A model generated the notes under the pieces. It did no database searches. It saw only the letters and a program-made list of their open reading frames with translations, and was not told the DNA's origin. A DNA stretch of 64,000 nucleotides from Eledone cirrhosa (Eukaryota), in assembly GCA_964016885.1 (NCBI GenBank), contig OZ024743.1, forward strand, positions 3,968,001 through 4,032,000, read 5' to 3'. A program made the position numbers and the translations under genes. Of this stretch, positions 43,176 through 55,843 are shown piece after piece (positions within the stretch are counted from its first letter, which is position 1; each line of letters opens with the position of its first letter).

Positions 43176-44169
43176 TTTCTGTTTAGCGAATGTGTTTGGT
43201 AAAGTTACGCAAAGATTTGCCTATATAAGCCTATAAACTTATGTATAAGGAACTTACTATAATGAGTCCTGTTCCAGTATGATAAAGTTTCAAGTAATGT
43301 TCTGGAATAACACTTTGTAATAAACAAAACTGCAATGAAAAAGACAAATACTGTCATTAATTAACCAAGTCGAGACAAGTTATATATGAAGATTAACCAG
43401 TCTTTCATGTAGGAATAGTAATAACTTAGCTTGAGGGAATTAAGGTGGCAGACTCAATAAAGGATCAACGAGGCAACGAGTTCAAGAGAACTTAATGCAA
43501 GAATGACTAGTAATGTGCTATTTTGAAATGGAATTCATCAATTAAGCACGTAGTGATAAGACGCGATAATACTAAGTTAAGACATTACTTATTAGTCAGA
43601 GTTACTCAAATTATCGCCCTTACCTTAATGCATCACTGTGATATTCTTGTAATGGTGCTGCAATTATAATGGATGACTGTTGAAGACAACAAAAGCATTT
43701 CCTTAAACCAAGGCTATAACAAGACTTGATCGTAGTATAAACAGTCAGTTTATATAGGAATAGCAACAACCTAGTTATAGAATAAATGATGTGGAAATGC
43801 AATGAAGATAAGATGGGGTCAAGCAAACCGAATGTTAGTAAGAATGAGCTGAAGTATCGAGGTCAAGCCGATCACGGTGATGAACGGGTCAGTGAATAAT
43901 GTTGCTCTTCTCCATGGGGCTTCGTTTGCCTTAAAAATGTGAGGGGCACAAACCAACATTTGTTGGAGCAATTTAGTATTACTTATGGTGTCTTTCCTGA
44001 ACCCTATCACATAAGTAAAAATTTCTTTACGCTAATTAAATTTTATATATTCAAATGAAGTTCAGATATAAAAAAAAAAAAGCTTAAAAAGTGTTTATTA
44101 TATCAAATAAACAAAAAATAAAACATAGACGTTTGAATAAAAATCATATAAAGTAAATTTATTGTCTTT

Positions 44170-45196
44170 TAGAACTTTCCAAATGTATCATATCTCGCAT
44201 CATTGCTGTAAATAAATAATTTAGCAACTTCTTCACAGCTAATCTTTTTCAAAACATCTTTATGAAAGTCTCATATTAGAATATGATTCAACCTTTGCTA
44301 AGTCATGGTCGATCGCAACCAAGTTTTGAGTCTCTGCAGAGCGCTAAAAGATCTTTTAGCCTCACAAGAACTGGTTGGAAACATTAAAAGTAGCCTGAAC
44401 AATCGCACATCATTTAGAAACATGCGACGGGCTTCTGGTTGCATTTCACCGAATATTTTACGATGATCCTCGAGAGATGATCCACTATGATGATTTCTAT
44501 TAAACATTATTTCGTTCCTTAAAGAGAATTCATCAAGCTCTCGATACTGTATGATCATTTCAGCACAAACATTTCCATTCCTGGTATCTTTTAGGAACTT
44601 TTCGTTGCCTGGGTAGCTCCAAAGGAGAAATATCGAGTTGATAAATCATTTTTTCTGCTGTATTGAACAGCTCCTGAAATTTTTCTTCACTGCGTAGATT
44701 TTTTTAGCTCCTCCTGCACCAGTTTGACACTATGCAACATGCTACCTATATTGAAGGTGGTACTTTGAAAATATTTGTTCAATCCTTCAAGGAATTGAAG
44801 TAATCTAACTACAACGTGCAATCCAACGACACATTGGCCCGGAGAGTGACACGTAAGAATAACATTAGCTCTGGATGCAATGTTGGTGCCAAACTCATTT
44901 GTTGCCTCTTGTAAAGAAATAGGGACATCTGAATAATTGTCAAGAAGGGCTTTGACTGCAGAAAGTCGTGTTAGCCATCGAGTAGGGCACACAGGTGTTA
45001 AGGAGCGTGGTGACGATACTTCATTTTCTTCATCATGTTGTGATAAATATGCTTGCTTAAATTTTCCTGATGGACTATATAGTTTCCGCAATTCATTCAC
45101 GCAACCTAGAACATTTTTGATAAGTGAAGCTTGTTGTACGGACTTACTTATAATAAGTTGAGAAATATGAATGCCGCAGTGCACGTAATGGGCCAA
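44170..45196 (-). pseudogene. Second hAT transposase remnant (ZMYM1/THAP12-like), C-terminal half
   Basis: YVHCGIH, CPTRWLTR and the dimerisation motif PTSSCEAKRSFSALQRLKTWLRSTM. Confidence 0.85.
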
Positions 45197-45598
45197 ATCA
45201 AGTTATGTTAGAATGATCTTTAAAAAATACCCGTACGAATTAAATACAAAAAAGTTTCAATCCAAAACAGAAACAAACTATTTCAAATTATATATTTTTG
45301 AAAAATAGACGTGAATGTTCTCAAATACTTGATTTCAGTCAAAAAGGCTTTTTTTTTTAAATTCTATATTTCACTGTTAGCGGTTGTAATATTTTGATTG
45401 GATAACCAATTCTACAATTCAAACTGTAAAGTCAAAATACAAAAGATATAAAATATGAAGAATTTCTTACCTTTCTCTGAAATCACAAACTCAGGGGAAA
45501 AATAGTACCTTGCAAAATAAAATACCTCGTAGCAAAATAAAATACTTAGCAACGAATGATGCTTGGGGACAGTGAGAAAGTAGTATTTGTATCCCTGA

Positions 45599-45802
45599 TA
45601 TATATATATATACATAGATAGATACACAGACACACACTAACACACATAGACACGCACGCGCACACGCACGCACACACACACACACACATATAAACACACA
45701 CAAGTTTGTGAGTGTGTATGTATGTGTGTGTGTTTGTGTGTGCGTGTGTGCGTGTCTATGTGTGTTTGTGTGTGTCTGTGTATCTATCTATGTATATATA
45801 TA
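45599..45802. repeat. Fold-back of compound microsatellite
   Basis: atatatacatagatagatacacagacacacac..acacacatagacacgcac versus gtgcgtgtctatgtgtgt..gtgtgtgtctgtgtatctatctatgtatatat. Confidence 0.8.
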
Positions 45803-46019
45803 TTGGTTTATGTACAGAAATAATTTTGTCTACAGTTTTTTATTGCCAGGTCAAAGGCCACTGCTCTTTTCAACAACGCCAAATAACAACGCTCCACACA
45901 CACACACACACACACATATAATATATATATATATAAATGAAGAGAGAAAGAGGGAGGGACAGAGAGAGTAAGAAATGTGTGTGTGTTTGGTACACATCTA
46001 TCTATCTATCTATCTCCAA

Positions 46020-46193
46020 CAGGGGGGCTCACACATGCGGCCCGCGAACTACTTATCTCTGGCCCGTGGTAGAACCAATATTTCATATCGCATTATAACT
46101 GGTGAAAATGTTCACCCACCACCACGTTTGGCGCCCTGTGCCTCTCCTCCAGGACGTAATAGCCCTTTTGTGTCCTTGAGTTTGAGAGCCCCC
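46020..46193. mobile_element. Possible small hAT MITE
   Basis: caggggggctcacacatgcggcccgcg start and gagtttgagagccccc end resemble hAT termini; target-site duplication not clear. Confidence 0.4.
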
Positions 46194-46244
46194 TTCTACA
46201 CACACACACACACACACGGACATATTTTACTTTTTTTTCTGTCT

Positions 46245-46482
46245 CTGGACTACGCCATGCTGGAGCATCACCTTGGTATGTTATGGGGACGTCAACAAAC
46301 CAACAAGCATTGGTGGGAGGGCAAACACAAACGCAAAGACACACACAGACATATATACATATATACGACGGGCTTCTTTTAGTTTCGATCTATCAAATCC
46401 ACTCACAGGGCTTTGGTCGGCCCGGGCAGTGGGACTGAACCCGGAAATATGTGGTTGGGAAACAAGAGTCTTGTCACACTGC
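46245..46482 (-). mobile_element. Internally deleted tRNA-derived SINE (third family)
   Basis: B-box-like ccgggttcagtcccactgc on the minus strand; body gacgggcttctttt.agtttc..tcta.caaatccactcac..ggctttggtcggccc. Confidence 0.6.
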
Positions 46483-46486
46483 ATAA

Positions 46487-46530
<44 letters not shown>

Positions 46531-46871
46531 TTACACACACACACACATATATATATATATAACCTTACACACTTAAATATAAATGCATGTATATATACAA
46601 ATGTATAAATGCATAGCTATATACATACGTAAATGTATGTATGTATATATGTATGTATGTAGATTTATATATATATGTATGTATGGATATTTATATATAT
46701 ATTTATGTATATATTTATATATATATATATGTATGTATATTTATACATATATATATATATGTAGATTTATATATATATATGTATGTATATTTATACATAT
46801 ATATGTAGATTTATATATATATATATATGTATGTATATTTATATATATTTATATATATATATATGTATGTA

Positions 46872-46947
<76 letters not shown>

Positions 46948-47015
46948 ATATATACATAGATATTATATATATATATATATACATATATACATAGATACAT
47001 ATATACATACATACA

Positions 47016-47622
47016 TGGTGGCTGCAAACTCATTTTTGAGTACGGCCACTACTTTATATCCATGTAGGAGAACCCCTACCGATGCGCTGAACGAGTGTGA
47101 CTTTTTAGTCCAGCCAGCGACTTGAAAACTCTGGTACAAACACTACACTTGTGACAATTATTGACACATAGTGCTGGGCCCATGGTACCTTGTGATGACA
47201 AGTGCAGAGAGATCTCCAGATATAAACCAATGCCTGTGCCGTGAAGCTTTTACAGTGAGCAAAGCCAATGCACAAAGCCAGTCCCACTCTCTTAACCAAG
47301 ATGATATTTACCAAAAAGAAGAACAAGTCAACATCATTGGATACCATCAGGGTTGCAGGTGTTATATCAGAGTTTTCCTTCTCCTAGAATTCTGCCTTGA
47401 CAAAGGCTAAGGGGTCATCTCTCCCGGTGATTTTGGATGTACATTGACTCTTAAGAGCTCCTTTGCCCTTTGACATGTTTTGTTTTTAGTCCTGCAGGAT
47501 GTCCAAAGTCACCCTCCTCACCAAGAAACCTTGGTGGGGTTGCCAGTTTAGTCGCCAACGACCCGACCATGAGACAGGTTGTACTGGGATACATGTTACC
47601 AGTAGCACCAATTGGTGACCTG
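47016..47622 (-). mobile_element. Internally deleted RTE-type LINE (probable 5' leader joined to 3' end), in (TACA)n
   Basis: Minus frame [24 protein letters not shown] (C2H2 finger); tail tactcaaaaatgagtttgcagccacc matches 6282..6305. Confidence 0.6.
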
Positions 47623-48519
47623 ACATACATACATACATACATACATACATACATACATTTATATTTAAGTGTGTAAAGATGTTGATAGGATCTATGTCTT
47701 CTTTTTTTGGTAAGGAGAACATTTTTGTCGCCAGATTTTATTACCTAGGGAGATAAATACCACACTTCTGGCTGAAAGCTGACCAGGTTCTCAACCTCAT
47801 CAAACACTAATGCCGACCTGTGTGTGTATATATGTGTGTGTGTGTGTATGTATGTGTATATATGTGTGTGTGTGTATGTTCACCATCATTGCTTCTTCTT
47901 GTCATTTCTGTTGATGAAGTCCTTACTATCATTCTCTTTGATTTCTTTTGATTTTCTTCTATCTCCCTAGGGAATTCGTTGACAAGCTTCTTTTATTTAT
48001 TTTCTTCGTTTTCGTCATTCAAATCACTGACTGTCTAAGAGACGTACAAATATTACTTATCAAACTAAAGGGGCTTCTAGCGCCCTCAAAGTTTCAAACG
48101 CATAACAACGTCCCCTAACGCCACCTCACAGCATAACGCCCCGCCTAGAGCAACGAAACGCCCCCGGCGGGGCATATGCCCCCCGTTGAGAACCTTTACT
48201 TTAAAAAATAATCATAAATCATCTTTTATTTGCGCAGCGTCGAAAAAAAGAATGAATAATTAACAGTTTCCTTGTCTCTTCTGTTTACTGACTATCCCAC
48301 ATATATTCTTTGTAGACAGCTGAAAAGGAAAAAAGTATTTAATCAACAAATTTCAATCGAATTATTTAATTTTGGCTCATAAAAGATAAATAATGAAATT
48401 AATAGAAAGGAAGATGAGGAACAAACTCTACTCCCCTGTAAAATCTGAATATTTTAAGTATGCACTGTGGACAAGAGAGCGGAAGTGTTAACGCGGTGAA
48501 CTGTCTGTGATATCTACTA

Positions 48520-49330
48520 CATTAGCCAGTCCTCCTGACGGGGCTCATTCCTCCTTCCACGGCAGAGATGCTCTCCCCCAATGTTGTGGATGAAATGGCG
48601 ATTCGGGGGCTGAGGATACTGGATGTTTGGGCGGCGACCGCTGCGAAATATAAGCAGTCGGTTAAAACCCAGTATTGGAAATAATCCATTCGTTTGCATT
48701 ACGGATGGCAGTGGCCGTGTTTGTGGTGGAAGTGACGAGGTTGGAAGAGGAGAATGTGTCACAGAACGTGGTATCCAATACTAGCCATTTACCCGCGAGA
48801 ACCGGGAATAGGTTCATCCAGACTGGGCGCGTGCTATCACCACGGTAGAGGCCTGTTGGATTCAGTTGTGATAGGAAGCCGGCTGCATCAAGGGCTCCTT
48901 CTGATGATGACATTCAAAGCGGCATGCCGAGGGTCGCGATAGCTCTGGAAAGAGCATGGATATCGGTTTGGGTATTTCAGGCGGAGAGCCACTAAGACTT
49001 CTTGTGAGGACTGGAGAACTGTGTCATTCGAAGCCAGCATACACACCATGGCAGAAATGTCTACTTCATTTAATTTGGAATTGACTCGGTCACGGAGATT
49101 TTTTGTGCTATCCATTGGTGACTGTGTGTTCGGTATCGGTACGGATGGGCAGATGGAGAGTAAAGAGTCTCTAGTTGAAGGGGAAGTGATGTTGCCACAA
49201 CATCAAAGTTAGGGTGAAGAAAGTTCTCCTTAATTCCCAGGATAACAGGCGTGGGAGTTCCGAAACAGAGTAGGTCGTTCCAGTCTTGCGGATTATTGGT
49301 GTTCATCACCTGGTCGAGAATGTAGACAGA
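48520..49330 (-). mobile_element. CRE-like non-LTR retrotransposon remnant (restriction-like endonuclease region)
   Basis: PRHAALNVIIRRS..AAGF.SQLNPTGLYRGDSTRP..NLFP...GKWLVLDTTFCDTF resembles the RPDG..PW..GK.LVWD motif. Confidence 0.7.
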
Positions 49331-49776
49331 TTTCAGGATCTATATAGTCTCTCATTGCGACTGCTTAAGGCCGGAAGTAGTTGCTAAAACCTCCTTCATT
49401 CTGAGTTTTCCTCTAACGTTGTGAGAATGCAAACAGCGTAGGCAGTGTCACGGCTTCTGGGATTCCGACGCACGTTTGGATAGTTTGACTAAAGAAAGGT
49501 AGAGAAATTGTCATAGTTCGAAAATGTATTTCCTTTCTTCCACCTATTGCGCGTGACATACGTGTTGAACAACCCTCTATGGTGTGAAGGACTAAGAAAA
49601 GGGAGGGTTGATGGAAAGAAGGGCAGTGATTCAGCGAAGGTAAGTGAAGTGTTTGGGTGGGACGGTCAAACTCTATGTTTAGCAGTTTATCCAGGGATTG
49701 TAAAACAGAAATATACTTATACAGAGAAATAAATATATGCACACACACACATACATAAACGAGCGTGCGCACACAC

Positions 49777-49843
<67 letters not shown>

Positions 49844-49866
49844 ATAATATATATATATATATATAT

Positions 49867-49932
49867 AAAATTAGAATTGGTGCTCTGAAATAGCGATATA
49901 AATAACTATTTCAGAGCACCAATTCTAATTTT
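49867..49932. repeat. Perfect 27-bp hairpin abutting (TA)n
   Basis: aaaattagaattggtgctctgaaatag - 12 nt - ctatttcagagcaccaattctaatttt. Confidence 0.9.
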
Positions 49933-50221
49933 CAATTTCTGCTTGACCGGCAACCGCTCTGTATAATCAGTTCCTGATTATTACTAGAATTCTATAAGAA
50001 TCAAACATTCATGATTTTCAGCAAACAGGTGGAGTACTTGGCTTTGATAAGTACCAATCAGTACAAAACAGAGCTCTGTCAGCTTTATCTCCCCTGTTTG
50101 CTGAAAAATTAAAGTAAGTGAGACTGGCACTACTCTAAAACAATAGCGTAAGTTCTTCGAAATGCTTTTAATTAAGCATACAGTGTATTGCAAAATACAC
50201 TATATATACATTCATCTCTCT

Positions 50222-50321
<100 letters not shown>

Positions 50322-52150
50322 TATATATATTTGTAGTAAGGTTGCTTGGAAGCGTCCATAGGCGGTATGCCGGTTGAGCACTCTATGCTCCTTCGGAGGT
50401 TCGATCCGCAAATAGATCGCTCCTCGAGCTGTTCGCCGGAAAAAACAATTGTAATACGTAATAAATTGTGTTCCGATGCATCACTGATTCTTCGTTGAGG
50501 AAAACAGTTAAGAGAAAAAAGAAAAGAAAAGGGCTTCTCAAAAGGAGTATGTAATACCCAAATACAAATATAACAGTTCACAATTGTCCTCAAACGTAAG
50601 AGAGTGAAAGCAGTTCTGTGGTGTCTTGTTTTCATTTTCCCGTTTTGTGAAATTTATTTCAACGCTAATTGCGATTTTAAATTTAATACCTGAATATTAT
50701 GACAATTTACCTTTCATAAACGTTCTCTATACAGATATTTATTTAATTACCTAGATAAATAATTGACAGATTACAGTACTGTTATGGGCGTCTTAGTCAG
50801 TGATAATTCTTTTGTTCACGAATCTAGTGGGCTTCAATTTTTGCTGTAGCTGCTTAGAATGTGGGAGTTGTTAATCTAAGAGTCTTCTGATTCTTCCGTC
50901 CCTCGAAATGATATTACTTATCACTGCTTAATAGATCTAACTTATGAATAAAGAGGAAATACGTTTTATTGTAGTCATCGCAATAGTAAATTAGAATTCT
51001 GTGACGTTCATTTATTTATAATAATATTAGTTTTGATTTAACTAAAATGTGATAATTCAATTGGCAGACACATAACAAAACTTGAGGCACAGAATTCAGC
51101 AAACTTGAACTCTTGCTGTACTTCACGTCTTACAGATTTAGGCAATTTTATATCCAGAATAAAACTATTTTCCCTATTCTTCATAATATTGCTCTAGTAT
51201 GGTAATTAGTTAAGCATAATCAAAATAATTAAGAAATACAGCTGAGTGTTATTTAAACTACGAATAACCCGTGCTGTGACTTGAAAATATAATCAATCTA
51301 GTCTTTAACATAACATGATTTCACTTTTCATGAAAAATAAAAATCTCGAGAAAGAAAAGATTTTTTTTTCTTGGGTCTAATTAAAGAACATATTAAACTT
51401 CATTAATTTTCTTGTTCTTTATTCCTAACTGTATAATGAATTTTCTATAGCCAGAGGTTGTTATTCTCTACCAGTTTCAATTCTGTATTTGAACACTTCT
51501 ATTTTGTCATGACAATAACATTTTTTCTTATATTCTCACAATAGTTATTCAAATAAAGTTTTTAATTTTAATAAACATTAACATTCCTAAATATATTGGA
51601 TTTATGTTAACATTTAACCGTAAATTTTAAATTTAGAGGTAATTATTTAAGCTATTTTTCACGAGAAAATTTAAAATCTTAAAAATGGATACAATTTGAT
51701 TTGTTCTTGTACTTTGCAGTTAATTAGACTGGTGAAGTAATATAAATATAAAATAATTCAAAACCTTGTAAAGTTCACATAGTTCAAGAGAGCTATTTCC
51801 CTTTGAAATGTTTAACATGTGTATTCGAATTTTTCTCAAAGCATGTTGTTATTTATTTATTGCATCGTTTATATAAATTCCACTGGAAGCTGGCTCTAGT
51901 TCGGTATCTTTTGTCTAAGTTTCCAGCTATGCAGATTGGTGTATGTAATTGAATAGAATATACTGCACTCTCCAAAGCTGCGTACATGTCATGTCAATTA
52001 GTTCATAGCAACAAATGAAAACAAAATTTTACGAAGTTGTCGAAGGCGATAGACTGAAATATATAATATTTATCGAAATATATCGACATAAATATAATAT
52101 TTATGTGTCTTATAGCTCACGTTTTTCATATTTGTTTTTACTATTTACAG

Positions 52151-52382
52151 GATGTTTCGTTCACAACCCCATTTGAAAGAAATGTTCAAGGAATTTCGAA
52201 ACCTTGTAACAGATGATGAAATGCGCGAAAATGTGGCTCTAGAGAAACATGCTACAATGGTTATGAATTTGCTTGATGAAGCCATCACCAACATCGATAA
52301 TGTTGATCTTTTGTTGGATTTACTACACAGAGTTGGCAAGAATCATTTGCGATTTGTTGGTTTTAATGTCAGTTACTTTTGG
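52151..52382 (+). CDS. Internal exon (helices B12-G7) of an intracellular globin, neuroglobin/globin-X-like
   Basis: Acceptor tgtttttactatttacag|g (phase 2) and donor tgg|gtgagt (phase 0). Encodes MFRSQPHLKEMFKEF...LEKHATMVMNLLDEAITNIDN...VGKNHLRFVGFNVSYFW, with CD1 Phe, distal E7 His and proximal F8 His. Confidence 0.93.
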
Positions 52383-52849
52383 GTGAGTATACTTATAATA
52401 GTGGAATTTGTTGTATTTCCTAATTTCAGAATAGATACAAAAATGAGACAAATTGAGAAAACTTCAACAATAACGGTAAAAATGAAACGATTATATTATG
52501 ATGGATTGCTAATGAATTTTACTTATACAGAGATAGTATTATTTATCAACATTTATTTTCAATATTCGGTTTACTTCTTAGAAGTATTCGTTGTATATAC
52601 ATTCACAAAAGATTTCTAGTCAAAGAAATAGCTTTTAAATATATGTATTAATGTATGCATATGTGTATGCATGTATATGTGAATGTAGAGGCCAACCGTA
52701 ACAACATATACCAAGCTCATGGGAGGTTGTCACGTCCCGAAACCAACCGTTCGTCCATTCCGAAATGCAGAACCACAAGTGTACATAGCAGACAAACAAA
52801 AGTGTTACCTCACAGATAACGTAAGAGATGCTCTGTTTCAATTCAAGAG

Positions 52850-53800
52850 GCTGATTCCTGCGGGTGACGATTCAACTCTGTAACGAAAGAAAAGATTAGG
52901 AAGTGGTTTGGGATCCACTGCGCCACAAATCTTCATGATCACTCGCATGCATTTAAACCACTTAATGATCTCTAGGGGAGCGGCATGTGGTGGGCGGCGA
53001 CCCGTACTGAAATGAAATAATAGTAGATGAAGCCCGAAAGCGTCTACCATAGATCCGCAACGATATTTGTGTTGCTCGCAGATCAGAAGAACGAGTCACA
53101 GGGAAAAAACAAATCCGAAGATAATTGCTGTCCAGTTGGATACTAGTTAAAATCGAGAATACGGCGTTCAACTAGCCACAGAGATGGAGAGGAAACATTC
53201 CAGACAGTGGTAGTTGAGCAAGTGTACAATATTGACCGGCTCGGGAATGAGCACAATTTGCGTTGGGGAGGCTGGACTTTCAGAGAATGGTAATCAAGTA
53301 AGCTCCAGGATCGTAGGCCATCTGCAACACCCTGGTCGTAGTACGCTCTGATGTGTTGTGGAAAAAGTGTTGTTAAGGGCCCGAAAACAGATCAGTGACG
53401 AAAGAAGTGGCGGAAATATTAATAAAATTGGTGTCCGAAGTCCTAGGCCCTCGCTTCTCTCAGGTGGGTTGGTTTGTTGTCGTCCAATATCATAAAATAG
53501 AATTTTGCATATGCTTTCCACGTCAGGTTAGATGCTGGTATCAGGACTAGACATATCACTGTGACAAGAGGTACTAGAAAATGAATTCAGAAGATTCGGC
53601 AACGTGAATTAGTTCCTCAGCAGAGAGAGAGAGAGCGGTTGCGGGACAACCAGAAGCAACCTTCTCATCACAGTTTCGAGCTGGTGAAGCTTGACCTTAG
53701 GGGTTAATTGAACGAAAGGACTGAGGATATGGGACAAAAGAAGGCTTCCTTCGGGGTCAACTTCAGCTGAATGAGTATTGATGGCCCTCTCATGAAGGAC
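52850..53800 (-). mobile_element. CRE-like non-LTR retrotransposon remnant
   Basis: Minus frames PERSEGLGLRT, QLDSNYLRIC and VDAFGLHLL..STGRRPPHA correspond to the thumb and CCHC regions. Confidence 0.6.
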
Positions 53801-55319
53801 GCCTAAAATATTTGTGGTTTTAAATTACTGTTTTTATTTTAAATGTAAAGTATCAAATAATATTGTGCGCATGTATAAGCATGGTTTTATAGTTACAGGT
53901 ATGGTTTTACAGCCTTATCTTCATTCTAAAAATATACTGTGTAATCTATTGTATGTTTATAAATATAAACTGTTCCATTATAGGTTATTGTATTCGTTAG
54001 AATAATTACTGAAATGATTGTATTACATTCACTACACACTTCTAAGCGCGCGTAGAATAAAAATAGCACTACAATACCTCTTTGTTTATATGGAAAGTTA
54101 CACCTTCTGCAGGAAAATTCACACTTACGCTTAATAGTAGTCAAATGAATCGTTTAACTTCCTTTCGTGCATCGCATTTTAGACTATGGTTGTTTAGAGA
54201 TTAGAAAAAATGCCGGAATATCATGTGTTCTTTGCGTTATATAAAAATGGAATAAATCCTTTTATCTTCGATAGATCAATGTTTATTTGCATGCGAATTG
54301 TTATGAATAAGGAACTGTACATATTAGGAATAATCCTTCACGAACTCGATTCAATTGTGCGAAAATAGATATTCCTATAACAATATATTTATATATTTGT
54401 CTACTCTACAGGGAAATAAACTATTTACTGTACATATTTGAGTTTCTCTGGATGTACATAACTGATTATTCATGTTTTAGTTGCACTGTCAACGAAGTGT
54501 AACGGTTGAAATAGAGGAAAAAAATCTAGTGTTACATTAATTCCAAATTAAATGAGCTGATATAAACAGGCACATCCATTCAAAGAATATACGACGCGCA
54601 CGAGGATCTCTCAAACAATGCAAAAAGCAACAACTTGAATTATCATGCGTTGATATCAATTTAGTAATCAACATAATGCAAATACTATGATCTATATACA
54701 TATTAATAAATCATTTAAAAGATGAAATATTTATAAATATTATGAGGTTTTATCTCGAATAACTTACCAAGGCATAGATGTTAGTTTTGTATTGCTCTTG
54801 AGATCCCCTATCACAAATCAAAATTCGTCCAAATATGGAAACGCTTGATGGGCGTCAAATGATTTCAAAGGATATCATTTTGATAGGAACAATTCCTTAA
54901 TTTTATAAAAGAATAGAAATCTTGTGTGAATCACCGCTAATAGAAAGGAATTAACTGTATCGTAAAAAGTATATAATAGAAAGAGAAAAACCTATGTAGG
55001 CGATTAACAATATTTTGTTGGATGTATCAGCTGATTGTTTCAATATATGCAGAAGATTCTCTTATACTTTCTGACGCGAAATTTCAACGAAAAACATCCC
55101 TGTTTCAAAACATCTATCAGTGCTTTGTACATTTACTCTTTCAGGTGACCCTACGGTTCGAATAGTGTTACACATAGGAATACATTTGTTTTAACTCCAT
55201 ACATTGAATCTTGCTATGAAGAAAACACATTTATATATTCATATACTCTCTTATCGGTGAAATATACGTATAATGAATAATATATCTTAATTCCACCTAT
55301 ACCTTTGGTTTGACATTTA

Positions 55320-55356
<37 letters not shown>

Positions 55357-55359
<3 letters not shown>

Positions 55360-55633
55360 ACTAAATACGTTTTGAAACAGTGAGCAGGTTTGAAATTAGA
55401 ATATGTATAGCTTTCACCGTATTTTTGACTAAAGGAATTTTAGCCTGATAATGGGGTTTAGAACCCTCAGATAAATGGAAAAAGATGAGTATTGACGTAC
55501 ATGGGAGTCGAACCCACATCTTTGGTTATCGCGACCACTGTGCTACCATTACACCAACTATGGTAGCACAGTAGTCGCTGAGGGTTCTAAACCCCATTAT
55601 CAGGCTAAAATTCCTTTAGTAAAAAATACGGTG

Positions 55634-55636
<3 letters not shown>
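55357..55636 (-). mobile_element. tRNA-headed short element with partial inverted duplication, inserted in (TA)n
   Basis: Minus strand 55559..55493: gttggtgtaatggtagcac (A box/D arm) and gtgggttcgactcccat (B box/T arm); 55560..55636 is an inverted, deleted copy. Confidence 0.7.
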
Positions 55637-55690
<54 letters not shown>

Positions 55691-55843
55691 CGACCCCGAG
55701 AAAGATGGTTGGATAACATCCATGAGCTTAGGGATCCAACCAGATCAGGGATCCAACCAGATCAGTTGGAGACAGCTGCTTCCGACAGGACTCGCTCGAA
55801 GGAGTGTTTGAGGACTCTTCCCCCACGAACCTCTGAGGAATAG
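55691..55843 (+). mobile_element. RTE-type LINE extreme 3' fragment
   Basis: RPRERWLDNI...LETAASDRTRSK; contains a 17-bp tandem duplication agggatccaaccagatc. Confidence 0.5.

Larger units (their letters stand above)
40848..48198 (-). mobile_element. hAT (Buster/Charlie) transposon, ~7.35 kb, with nested insertions
   Basis: TIRs caaaggttctcaac (40848..40861) and gttgagaaccttta (48185..48198); 8-bp flanks ctctaaag and ctttaaaa (6 of 8 match, central TA). Confidence 0.75.

Noticed and set aside
47540-47622. HDV-like or twister ribozyme in the RTE leader (acc-tgtctcat-ggt, ctaa-actgg)
   Set aside because: No P1 partner for the segment after the putative P3, and no twister pseudoknot pairings
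52383-52619. C-terminal part of the 155-aa globin ORF
   Set aside because: Intron read-through after the gtgagt donor; globin similarity stops at SYFW
55493-55560. Functional tRNA gene
   Set aside because: 5' acceptor strand missing, non-canonical anticodon loop, and embedded in a repeat
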